Assembly (NCBI GenBank): GCA_964365845.1
Contig: CAYIRZ010000003.1
Coordinates: 1-33,295 of the forward strand
From: an uncultured Streptomycetaceae bacterium
GTDB taxonomy: Bacteria > Pseudomonadota > Gammaproteobacteria > Burkholderiales > SG8-41
Direction: 5' to 3'
Length of the DNA: 33,295 nucleotides
Each line of letters starts with the position of its first letter. Within the stretch, counting starts at the first letter, position 1. The notes below the pieces were generated by a model that saw only the letters and a list, made by a program, of their open reading frames with translations, was not told where the DNA came from and made no database searches. This document shows positions 17,701 through 24,427 of the stretch, piece after piece. The position numbers and the translations under genes were made by a program.

Positions 17701-18354
17701 TTTGATCTCGATTTTTGTGAAGTTGCCGGCGGTATTGTTTCCGTCGGTGGGCCCGGTCAATGTGCCTGTTCCCGTCCACGTGAAGTAGGTGGCCGGGTAG
17801 AAAGTGACGGACGTTATGCCCGTGTTGCCCCCGTCATTGTTGACCCATCTGGCGGTCTGGGTGTTATTGACAGTCAGATCGCGCGTACCCTCGCCGGTGT
17901 TGTACGGGTTGTGCCAGGCTCCTGTGGCCGGGGCGTTGCTCATCAATGTTTGATTGGCGTTGGTCCATGGCACGTAGCGCTTCGCCGGGTCATAATACAG
18001 GCGGTTGAATTTGGCCGTGCGGTAATAACGGGCATATCGGTTGTCGGAATCGAATCGGGCGACATAGCTGAAGCTGCTGCCGTACCCCCACGCGGCTCCA
18101 TATAAGGGGTCCGGGCGGGGAAACGAAAAAAACACTTCGTTATTTTCCGGGACAACCTCGAACTGCATCGAGCCTGAATCGTCCAGAGTAAACATGATAT
18201 TGGGCCCGGCCGTATTTTTTACAGCCATCGGCACGTCGGAGATGTCGGTCGAGGCGGCCTGGGCCGATTGCACGGTCTGTCCGAGAATCAGGCTGTAAAT
18301 GACGGCGAAGGCCACCGCCTTGCGCCAGTATCGTTGTCGCGTGTTCGTGTTCAT
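14770..18354 (-). CDS. pilY1: Type IV pilus tip-associated adhesin/biogenesis factor PilY1 (PilC family)
   Basis: 1194 aa with a signal peptide and an N-terminal vWA-like MIDAS motif (FTLDDSGSM). The C-terminal PilY1/PilC propeller region has an EF-hand-like site and signature SSDIDNTVEYVYGGDLKGNVWRFDL. Follows pilX as in known fimU-pilVWXY1 operons. Confidence 0.85.
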   Translation of the reverse strand: MNTNTRQRYWRKAVAFAVIYSLILGQTVQSAQAASTDISDVPMAVKNTAGPNIMFTLDDSGSMQFEVVPENNEVFFSFPRPDPLYGAAWGYGSSFSYVARFDSDNRYARYYRTAKFNRLYYDPAKRYVPWTNANQTLMSNAPATGAWHNPYNTGEGTRDLTVNNTQTARWVNNDGGNTGITSVTFYPATYFTWTGTGTLTGPTDGNNTAGNFTKIEIKSANAPFPKGADRTDCAGSTCTYTEEIQNFANWYSYYRSRILLSRAGVGQAFAEVGDEPRIGFAAINKGSATIDGVASPGTVISGVRKFDTTGRTSFYATLYGHVMPSAGTPLRTALDDVGQYFQRTDNNGPWGTSPGVGGGTQAYCRQNYNILMTDGYWTEGTSYDARTTAARANVDNSTGPTITNHNTNPNPATYQYSPANPYSDSYSSTLADVAMYYWNRDLRPDLENKVRTNSLDPAFWQHLVNITVGLGVSGTVSDAAIQSAFTSTPQTITWPNPVGSNAAKVDDLAHAAINSRGGFLNAADPANFASALRSSINNIIGRDAGAAAVAVANANVIAGDNASYASSYNSGTWTGDLSAYPVDLATGQPNLNAPIWTTSAQAQLDLRTPASRKIATYTGTTGTSQGIQFQPTTATTTTKLSTAQQTLLNSSTTPPGLSDGAAVAAYLRGDRSGETAGTYRSRAHLLGDIINAEPVVVREPVANYGDTGYSAFKTTNASRTRIVLQGANDGMLHAFNTATGAEEWAYVPNLVISNLNNLSRKNGFTHKYYVDGTPVSGDVDFSKTDGITGNPAADWRTIVAGGLGKGGRGYYALDVTSTTAADEAAVAGKVLWEFPNSATSATVRANVGYSYGRPIIVKTKASGWVVLVTSGYNNGTNTGDSGGDGQGYLFVLNARTGALIKALGTGVGSVTDPSGLAHISGYVESSDIDNTVEYVYGGDLKGNVWRFDLTHLSNVNQWSVTKLATLVDGAGNFQPVTTEPELARVNIGSGVYKRFVYVGTGLYLGDTDISGAAGANAHASQTQTMYGLVDDLSNPAGSSPVITPLRTSLQQQTFTVNVGGSRTASATAVDFVTKKGWYIDLPSTGERANTHPALALGALVFTSNIPSTDACLPGGSSFFNVLDYQTGGYLTGSTVSWSSISLGDTLASRVVLIKLPSGAVMGLARKSDASTVTVTVPLSSSSSGTKRKSWRELM

Positions 18355-18422
18355 GATGTTTCCTTTGTGTATCGGTCCGGATCAAACGGGATGGCGGAAC
18401 TTGAATGCGCCCCCGTTCCGGT

Positions 18423-19103
18423 TTAAAGGCTTAGTATCACCTGCACCATGCTGACGGTATTGCGCGGGCCGGATACGCGTACCGTGGCCCGGTAATACAC
18501 GGTCGTGGTTCCGCTGAAAACGACCGCGCCGGCTTTTTTGGTGCCGCCGCCGGTCGGCGCGTCGGCGAAGCATTTGCCCTGCACGTCGGTGACCGGGGCC
18601 GGACCCTGGCACAGGCGATCGATCACGACCTTCACCTCATTATTTCCGGCGAGGCTCGAGGCAACGGCAACGGGTACGTTGTTCCAGTTGATCGCCGCCG
18701 CTGTTCCCGTTGCGCCGTACTCTTTCGTCGTGGGAACGCCCTGCGCGTCAAGCTCCCGGCGCGTTGCGTAATACCAGTAATTGGGATTCGTGCCGCCGGT
18801 CGGGGTCAGGCTGCTTTCCAGGCTGGTGGCAACGATGTTCGGCAGCGCGGCGACGGCCGCTTCGACACCGATATCGGCCGCCTGCAACGTTCCTTGCTTG
18901 AATGCGAAGTTGCCGGCGATGACGTTGGCCGTATCCACCGAGCGCACCAGCGCGATGCCGGCCATCGTCATCGCCACCAGTACGATCAGCGCGATGAACA
19001 GCACCACGCCTTTCTGCGCTCCGGCGCCTGCCCCAGCGCGCAGCGAACGGCAATGCGGTTGCGTTGCCGTAATGCGTGTGGTGTTTCTTGTCAATTGTTC
19101 CAT
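18423..19103 (-). CDS. pilX: Type IV pilus assembly protein PilX
   Basis: Hydrophobic N-terminal segment QKGVVLFIALIVLVAMTMAGIALVRSVD typical of the PilX N-terminal domain. Positioned between pilW and pilY1, and its start overlaps the pilW stop by 13 nt. Confidence 0.65.
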   Translation of the reverse strand: MEQLTRNTTRITATQPHCRSLRAGAGAGAQKGVVLFIALIVLVAMTMAGIALVRSVDTANVIAGNFAFKQGTLQAADIGVEAAVAALPNIVATSLESSLTPTGGTNPNYWYYATRRELDAQGVPTTKEYGATGTAAAINWNNVPVAVASSLAGNNEVKVVIDRLCQGPAPVTDVQGKCFADAPTGGGTKKAGAVVFSGTTTVYYRATVRVSGPRNTVSMVQVILSL

Positions 19104-20152
19104 ATGACGTTACGCAAGGGGACTATGGTTTGATAGATTTTGTAGCGGTAGCGTTGCGCCGTGGCGTCTAGTGTCAACGCTCCGCCGTTGGCGATTGTCC
19201 CGCCGTTCCAGAGCACCAAGGTGGCGGGGCTCACCGTGTCTTTTTCGAACTGGCTGCTGCGTGCGACCACTGCAAGCCTGATCGCGACAACTTCCGCCGC
19301 AGAGGCCGGAGCGGTATTGTCGTAAACGTCGACATAACCGTCAGGCGGGCTCGTCGTATCCCTGCCGTATTGCGCCTTGATCGCAATGATGCCGTTCACC
19401 AGGGCTAACGGGTTGGTGGCGCTGTTCGGGAGGTTCACGTCACGCATCATCAGGTTATCACCTTGAACATAGTATTCATGGTTGACCATGCTGCCCATAT
19501 TGGTCAGTTTGGCGCCGGCGCCGTAACCGCCCGCGGGGAAAATATTTGATCCGCCGGGCGGGTTGTTGGGATATGAACCGCCCGGGTTGTGCTGGAGGTT
19601 CCAGTCGGTCCCGGTTTTCTGTCCGTCCTGGCTCGCCTGGACTATGGTGCACGGCTTGGGCGGCTCCGATATGATCACAAGTTCGCCCTGGTAAAAACCG
19701 TCTCCGTTATTGACGTTGAGTATCGCCGATGAATCCGGCATCGCGCTCGAGATAGTGGTCGGAATATTGCCGTAGGCCGACGTGCTGTATACGGCGGCAA
19801 CCGTGTCGCTGCCCGCCGCGGGACTGTTCTGGGTGATCGTCACCGGCCCTGCATTGAAACTGTAGTTCGTCGGTGTCGCGTTTGCGTTGTAGGCGTTGAT
19901 GGTGGTGCAGCCCAGCCCGACCACGCCCAGGCCGGACATTCGCAGGTCCCGTTCCATCGTGAACAACGCCATCAGGGCATTCTCCTGGGCATCGGCGCCA
20001 CCGCTGGTGGTGCGTTTCTGCCCCTCGGAGACCAGAAACACCTGCATGATGACCAAAATCCCCAGCATGCCGATGACGACCGCGACCATAATTTCCACCA
20101 GACTGAAGCCGCGCTCAGGCCGTTGCTGGGGGTGCGTGTTGATGAAAGACAT
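19091..20152 (-). CDS. pilW: Type IV pilus minor pilin PilW
   Basis: Prepilin-type leader ...QRPERG/FSLVEIMVAVVIGMLGIL with Glu at +5, 353 aa, operon position. Confidence 0.8.
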   Translation of the reverse strand: MSFINTHPQQRPERGFSLVEIMVAVVIGMLGILVIMQVFLVSEGQKRTTSGGADAQENALMALFTMERDLRMSGLGVVGLGCTTINAYNANATPTNYSFNAGPVTITQNSPAAGSDTVAAVYSTSAYGNIPTTISSAMPDSSAILNVNNGDGFYQGELVIISEPPKPCTIVQASQDGQKTGTDWNLQHNPGGSYPNNPPGGSNIFPAGGYGAGAKLTNMGSMVNHEYYVQGDNLMMRDVNLPNSATNPLALVNGIIAIKAQYGRDTTSPPDGYVDVYDNTAPASAAEVVAIRLAVVARSSQFEKDTVSPATLVLWNGGTIANGGALTLDATAQRYRYKIYQTIVPLRNVIWNN

Positions 20153-20167
20153 TCGGCGTTCCCGTCT

Positions 20168-20641
20168 TTATCCGTTGATTTGCGCCACAGCAACATAGTT
20201 ATGAGCGGTAGCCTCTTGGGGACCCTGCCAGCAAACGGTTACCATCACCAGGTTGTCTGCGCCGATCGTGATTTGCTGTTTGGCCGAAGTGGCGCCCGGC
20301 AGGTTGCCTGCCACGGTCCCCGCGGTCGTGCTGTCCCCAAGCCATGCCGCCACATTGGCGTTGGTGGATGCGGCTCCGCCGAAATTACATGTTCCGGCGG
20401 CCGTCGTCGGGTTGTGGGCGTAGCCGGCCAGGTTTGTCGGATTGTCCGCCCACATCTGGCCGATGATCTGAGTGGCCAGAAAAGCCGCTTCTGCGCGGTA
20501 CTTGGCATCGGCGGTGTTTTTGATGGAGATGGCCTGGAGTCCCATCAACGCGAGTATGCCCATGGAAAAAAGCAGGATAGCGATGAGGCCCTCCAGCAGC
20601 ATCGATCCCCTTTGTGAAGTGAGTTTGGGACGTGATTTCAT
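20168..20641 (-). CDS. pilV: Type IV pilus minor pilin PilV
   Basis: Track ORF 20168..20830. The plausible start ATG 20641 gives MKSRPKLTSQRG/SMLLEGLIAILLFSMGILAL (prepilin leader, Glu+5). Confidence 0.8.
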   Translation of the reverse strand: MKSRPKLTSQRGSMLLEGLIAILLFSMGILALMGLQAISIKNTADAKYRAEAAFLATQIIGQMWADNPTNLAGYAHNPTTAAGTCNFGGAASTNANVAAWLGDSTTAGTVAGNLPGATSAKQQITIGADNLVMVTVCWQGPQEATAHNYVAVAQING

Positions 20642-20666
20642 CGGCGTACCCGGTTTGGCAGGGCTG

Positions 20667-21197
20667 CTAGCATTTTCTTGGATCGGTGGCGTCGGCGACG
20701 TTGGGATCGCACATGCGCACGTTGCCGCCGGCGCTTGCCACGATGCGCAACTCGCGACTTTCCGATGCCGGCAATATTGAAGTCGGCACATCCAGGTCGA
20801 CCTGGGTGATAGACGCGCTCGCATCGGCATTGGCGACTACTCTGCCCAAGGAACTGAAAGTGATGGTGGTTGCGGCGGCAGGCGTTTTTGTCACGGTCAC
20901 GTTTGCAGATCCCTCGCCGCTTGTCCGGGCCTGGATTTGCTCGGCCGTGCCGGGCACGCTTACCGTCCAACCCGATCCCGTCCCAAAAACCAGTTGCACG
21001 TTGGTATTGCGGCGCACCGCTTCGCTGCGGGCGAGTTGCATGCCGTTCAGAACCGATTCCGCTGCGTTGCGGATCTGGGTGTTTTGTATCCATGCCCTGT
21101 AACCCGGCAGCGCCGCCGTCAGCAAAATGCCGAGGATGGCGATGCCGATGGTCAGTTCGATCAGCGAGACGCCTTTTTGCGCCGATCCGATTAACAT
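20667..21197 (-). CDS. fimT: GspH/FimT-family minor pilin (FimT/FimU-like)
   Basis: Track ORF 20667..21242. Start ATG 21197 gives MLIGSAQKG/VSLIELTIGIAILGILL...LARSEAVRRNTNVQL. The start overlaps the upstream pilin stop (ATGTTAA, 21191-21197). Confidence 0.7.
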   Translation of the reverse strand: MLIGSAQKGVSLIELTIGIAILGILLTAALPGYRAWIQNTQIRNAAESVLNGMQLARSEAVRRNTNVQLVFGTGSGWTVSVPGTAEQIQARTSGEGSANVTVTKTPAAATTITFSSLGRVVANADASASITQVDLDVPTSILPASESRELRIVASAGGNVRMCDPNVADATDPRKC

Positions 21198-21640
21198 ACC
21201 CCGCCTTTTTTCGTCACCCAGCAGGATGCGTTGCCGGTCCACCCGGCTGTGGCGGCAGCCGAACCCGCGGTAATGGTGGTCGCCTTGGTGTTACCCTGGT
21301 CCACGGTGTAGACGAATCCATCCATACCCTGAGCGGCTACGCCGGTTGCCCGGGTTTCGAACGCGGTGGCGGTGAGCGTGGGGCAGGTGACGGTAAAATA
21401 TTTCAAGCCGGTCGGTAATGGAGCCGCGGTGCCCGCGACACAGGCGCCCACGTAAGTCCGGTTGTCCTGGAAATACTGTTCGAGCCTTACCCGCATATCC
21501 GCCAGGGTTGAAGTTGCTTCGGCGATTTTTCCGCGAGTGACGTAATCGGTGTATGCCGGCAACGCGATGGAAGCGAGTATTCCCACAATGGCAATGACGA
21601 TCAGCAGTTCGATCAGGGTGAACCCATGGGTTTGCTTCAT
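21191..21640 (-). CDS. pilE: Type IV pilin, PilE-like
   Basis: Track ORF 21191..21694. ATG 21640 is preceded by AAGGAG. MKQTHG/FTLIELLIVIAIVGILASIALPAYTDYVTRGKIAEA, with a C-terminal Cys pair (CWVTKKGGVC). Confidence 0.7.
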   Translation of the reverse strand: MKQTHGFTLIELLIVIAIVGILASIALPAYTDYVTRGKIAEATSTLADMRVRLEQYFQDNRTYVGACVAGTAAPLPTGLKYFTVTCPTLTATAFETRATGVAAQGMDGFVYTVDQGNTKATTITAGSAAATAGWTGNASCWVTKKGGVC

Positions 21641-21953
21641 TACGCACTCCTTTACGTGAAGGTGAGAATAATCGGGGTCATTGCGATACTTCAAATGTAT
21701 CCGACCAGAGGTTGATTCAGAAGAACCAGCGGTAATTCTATTATGTTGTTTAAAGCAGGGTTGCCGTTTTGTGTGACAAAAGCCACATGCCTGGTGGAGC
21801 CCACCCGTCGAGTCCGGTCATGGCGGGTGGGGACAGCCCGGGCGGGCATGATTAGCCGGCAGGCAGGAGGCTGCGGGAAAGGGAGAACAGAGGGGGAAGC
21901 CGGTATTTCAGCGCCGGGGACAGGAAAACGCTCATAGGGGGCAGGTGCCAAAA

Positions 21954-21983
21954 TTAGACACAGTCCAAATCTTGCATTAAAAT
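21954..21983 (+). promoter_or_regulatory. Candidate sigma70-type promoter of the Fur-family gene (TTAGAC-N18-TAAAAT)
   Basis: -35 TTAGAC at 21954-21959 and -10 TAAAAT at 21978-21983, only 8 nt before ATG 21992, with no SD sequence. Motif match only. Confidence 0.3.
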
Positions 21984-21991
21984 CAGGCAAG

Positions 21992-22414
21992 ATGATAAAG
22001 AAATCACAGCACTATACCCGGGAGACTCTGGTCGAGGTCCTGCGCCGCCACGACATCAATCCCACCCACCAGCGCATCGAGATCGCCTACGCGCTGTTTT
22101 CGCGCGGGGAGCATTTATCCGCCGACCAGATCCTGGCGATTGCGAATGAACGCAATGCCGAGACCTCCAAGGCGACGGTCTACAACACGCTCAATCTGTT
22201 CCTCGAAAAGAAGCTGATCCGTGAAGTGATCGTCGACCCCAGCAAGGTGTTCTACGATCCCAACACCGAGCCGCACCATCATTTCTATAATGTCGACACG
22301 GGTGACCTGACCGACATCGATGCCGCCGAGATCGCGATATCCGGGTTACCCCGGCTGCCGGAAGGCGTGGTCGCCGAGGGCATCGACATCATCGTGCGCA
22401 TACGTTCCCGCTAG
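21992..22414 (+). CDS. Fur-family transcriptional regulator, Irr-like (cysteine-free, HHH motif)
   Basis: 140 aa with NPTHQRIEI, HLSADQI and ATVYNTLNLF Fur-family motifs, and no Cys anywhere. FYDPNTEPHHHFYNVDTGDLTDI...LPRLPEGVVAEGIDIIVRIRSR parallels rhizobial Irr as I recall it (YFDTNV..HHH(F/Y)...DI...PE.PEG.EI..(I/V)D.V(I/V)RLR). Confidence 0.85.
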   Translation: MIKKSQHYTRETLVEVLRRHDINPTHQRIEIAYALFSRGEHLSADQILAIANERNAETSKATVYNTLNLFLEKKLIREVIVDPSKVFYDPNTEPHHHFYNVDTGDLTDIDAAEIAISGLPRLPEGVVAEGIDIIVRIRSR

Positions 22415-22554
22415 CAGCCTGTCGGGCATGGTCACATTCACCGGAACGCGTAGCGTGAATGGATCGCTGTACCCGTCAAGCGTACCCGTCAAGCGGGTAT
22501 TGAAAGGAAGGTATTAAAAAGAATTAATCGATGCTTGGGCGACAGGCTGCTTAA
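22411..22554. repeat. ~144-bp variant element (D1) bounded by inverted agcagcctgtcg termini
   Basis: The left end ctagcagcctgtcgggc... is the same as the 98-bp element. The right end is ...gcgacaggctgcttaa (inverted left terminus). It contains a perfect 13-bp tandem duplication gtacccgtcaagc (22469-22481, 22482-22494). Its CTAG supplies the TAG stop of the Fur-family gene. Confidence 0.65.
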
Positions 22555-22592
22555 TAAAGAAGCTTTACGTGTCGAAACCCTATAAATTTCAC

Positions 22593-22620
22593 TTGCATGG
22601 CGTTCTTTTCACAGTATTAT
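22593..22620 (+). promoter_or_regulatory. Candidate sigma70-type promoter for tRNA-Thr (TTGCAT-N16-TATTAT)
   Basis: -35 at 22593-22598 and -10 at 22615-22620, about 95 nt upstream of the tRNA. Motif match only. Confidence 0.3.
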
Positions 22621-22622
22621 TG

Positions 22623-22673
22623 AGTGCTTTTCATTTTAGAAGTTTGTCGAACCCAAGCCCGACAAACTTCTAG
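22623..22673 (+). repeat. Right-half copy (D2) of the 98-bp element
   Basis: agtgcttttcattttagaagtttgtcgaacccaagcccgacaaacttctag. The hairpin at 22638-22671 carries a compensated G>A / C>T pair. Confidence 0.85.
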
Positions 22674-22713
22674 GCGGTATAATCACGTCCCTGAAGCCCG
22701 TTTTCCGGGATCC

Positions 22714-22789
<76 letters not shown>

Positions 22790-22795
22790 CACAAT

Positions 22796-22830
22796 AAAAA
22801 AGGGTTGCCATGCGGCAACCCTTTTTATTT
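22796..22830. terminator. Bidirectional rho-independent terminator
   Basis: aaaaa-AGGGTTGCC-atgc-GGCAACCCT-ttttattt: a 9-bp GC-rich stem flanked by an A-run and a T-run. Serves tRNA-Thr (+) and the convergent OM-barrel gene (-). Confidence 0.8.
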
Positions 22831-22842
22831 GTGCGATGGCCG
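22828..22842 (+). repeat. 15-bp direct repeat, left copy (tttgtgcgatggccg)
   Basis: Exact match to 23408-23422. The pair brackets the PagP-like gene. Confidence 0.8.
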
Positions 22843-22895
22843 CATTTCAGATCGCTGCAGCCTGTGGCCTAGTCGGGATGGATACCCGACACTAA

Positions 22896-23390
22896 CTACC
22901 ATACTCGCAGCTTGAGCTGAACCGCGATGGCTCCATCAAGGCGGTCCTTGATAGTCGGAATAATGCTCAAATTGACGCCGACGCGCTTACCCTCGATGGC
23001 TAGCACCGGCATCCCGGTTATGAGCCACCCGCCGTTGCGATAGCGCGGATAACCGTCAAAAGCACCAACGATGATGCCCGCGCTCACGTTGATGTCGCGG
23101 GGTTGCCAGTGCAGGGGGCGCCACTGGTAAGCGCCATAATGGGTCTTTGACCTTTCACTGTTGATAAATGTCCCAGCCATCAACGCGTGGTCGGGAGCGA
23201 ACAATACCTCCGCGCCCAAGCCTACGTTATCTTCGCGGAAGTCCTTACTGCGGTCGAAATGATGGGAAAAGATACCGGGGTTGAGCCAGACCTGGGGCGA
23301 GAACTCCGGGTCCGCCGCGTGGGCACTGGAGAGGACCGCGCAGAATCCAAAAAACATTCTGAGGAGCGATCCCAAGACGCGAGTGAGCAT
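22896..23390 (-). CDS. Small outer-membrane beta-barrel protein, PagP-like (tentative family call)
   Basis: Track ORF 22896..23669. The plausible start ATG 23390 gives 164 aa with signal peptide MLTRVLGSLLRMFFGFCAVLSSAHA/AD, alternating beta-strand pattern and a C-terminal aromatic residue (LKLRVW). By eye it resembles PagP (WH..., ...NS..., PVL...IP) but I cannot verify the family. Confidence 0.55.
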   Translation of the reverse strand: MLTRVLGSLLRMFFGFCAVLSSAHAADPEFSPQVWLNPGIFSHHFDRSKDFREDNVGLGAEVLFAPDHALMAGTFINSERSKTHYGAYQWRPLHWQPRDINVSAGIIVGAFDGYPRYRNGGWLITGMPVLAIEGKRVGVNLSIIPTIKDRLDGAIAVQLKLRVW

Positions 23391-23407
23391 ATCGGTATGG
23401 TGAATTG

Positions 23408-23422
23408 TTTGTGCGATGGCCG
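23408..23422 (+). repeat. 15-bp direct repeat, right copy (tttgtgcgatggccg)
   Basis: Exact match to 22828-22842. Lies between the OM-barrel gene start and the TctC gene stop. Confidence 0.8.
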
Positions 23423-23446
23423 TCTCGGGTGGAGGCGGCCCCGGCT

Positions 23447-24427
23447 TCAGTCGAGTTGAATGCCCGACTGCTTGATCACTTTCGCCCAGCGCGCAAGTTC
23501 TTTTTTGATGTAGTCGGTGAATTCGGCGGGCGTGCTGCCGACCGGGATGATCGCTTCGTCGTTCAGGCGGTGGGTGATGTCGGGCGCATGGACGATGGCA
23601 ATGACTTCTTTGCTCAGTCTGTCGATCGCAACCTTCGGCGTTCCAACGGGCGCGACGATGCCGTACCACGATCCGGTTTCATAGCCGGGCACGCCGGCTT
23701 CCGCCACGGTCGGGATGTCGGGTATCGCCGGGGAGCGTTTGGCGCCTGTCATCGCGATGGCGCGCAGCTTGCCCGATTTGACCTGCGGCAGCATGGCGAC
23801 CGCGCTGCTGAACATCAGCTGCACTTCGCCGCTCAGAAGCTCGGTCAGCGCCGGCGCCAGTCCCTTGTAGGGAATGTGAGCGAGGTTGGTGCCGGTCGTC
23901 ATTTTGAACAGCTCCACCGCCATATGCGATGAGCCGCCCGCGCCGTTGGAGGCGTAATTGATCTGCCCCGGCTTTGCTTTGGCGAGCGCGATCAGCTCCT
24001 TTACCGACCTGATCGGCAGCGACGGGTGTACCACGACCAGCAGCGGTGCCGATGCGATGAGGCTGACCGCGTCGAAATCCCTGACCGGATCGTAGCTCAG
24101 CTTTTTGCGCAGATTGGGATTGATGCCATGGGTGGCGACGCCGGCGAGGAATATCGTGTAGCCGTCCGCCGGGGACCTCGCTGCCGCTTCCGCGCCTATG
24201 GCGCCGCCGGCGCCCGGCCGGTTGTCGATGATCACTTGTTGCCCGGTGGCGGCGGTGAGCTTCTGCCCGATCAGCCGCGCGATGGTGTCGTTGCCCCCGC
24301 CCGGCGTAAACGGGACGATGAATCTTATCGACTTTGCCGGGTAGGTTTGCGCGAATGCGGATGAACCGAGTGCCGCAGTCAGGGCAATGAAAAAAGCACC
24401 GTGGAGCGCGATCGCGGCTTTTTTCAT
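23447..24427 (-). CDS. Bug/TctC-family periplasmic solute-binding protein
   Basis: 326 aa with a signal peptide, YPAKSIRFIVPFTPGGGNDTIARL...VIIDNRPGAGG and PYKG motifs typical of tripartite tricarboxylate transporter receptor (Bug) proteins. No tctA/tctB nearby. Confidence 0.88.
   Translation of the reverse strand: MKKAAIALHGAFFIALTAALGSSAFAQTYPAKSIRFIVPFTPGGGNDTIARLIGQKLTAATGQQVIIDNRPGAGGAIGAEAAARSPADGYTIFLAGVATHGINPNLRKKLSYDPVRDFDAVSLIASAPLLVVVHPSLPIRSVKELIALAKAKPGQINYASNGAGGSSHMAVELFKMTTGTNLAHIPYKGLAPALTELLSGEVQLMFSSAVAMLPQVKSGKLRAIAMTGAKRSPAIPDIPTVAEAGVPGYETGSWYGIVAPVGTPKVAIDRLSKEVIAIVHAPDITHRLNDEAIIPVGSTPAEFTDYIKKELARWAKVIKQSGIQLD

Noticed and set aside
21641-21770. Sigma54 (GG-N10-GC) promoter upstream of the pilin gene
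   Set aside because: I scanned the minus strand by eye. The TGG-containing candidates (tggtcggatacatttga, tggttcttctgaatc) lack the GC element at the correct spacing.
22790-23450. Integrated prophage or genomic island with integrase at tRNA-Thr
   Set aside because: No integrase, excisionase or phage-like ORF lies anywhere downstream. The direct repeat does not overlap the tRNA 3' end. Only a single small gene is bracketed, and that is reported as a separate low-key finding.
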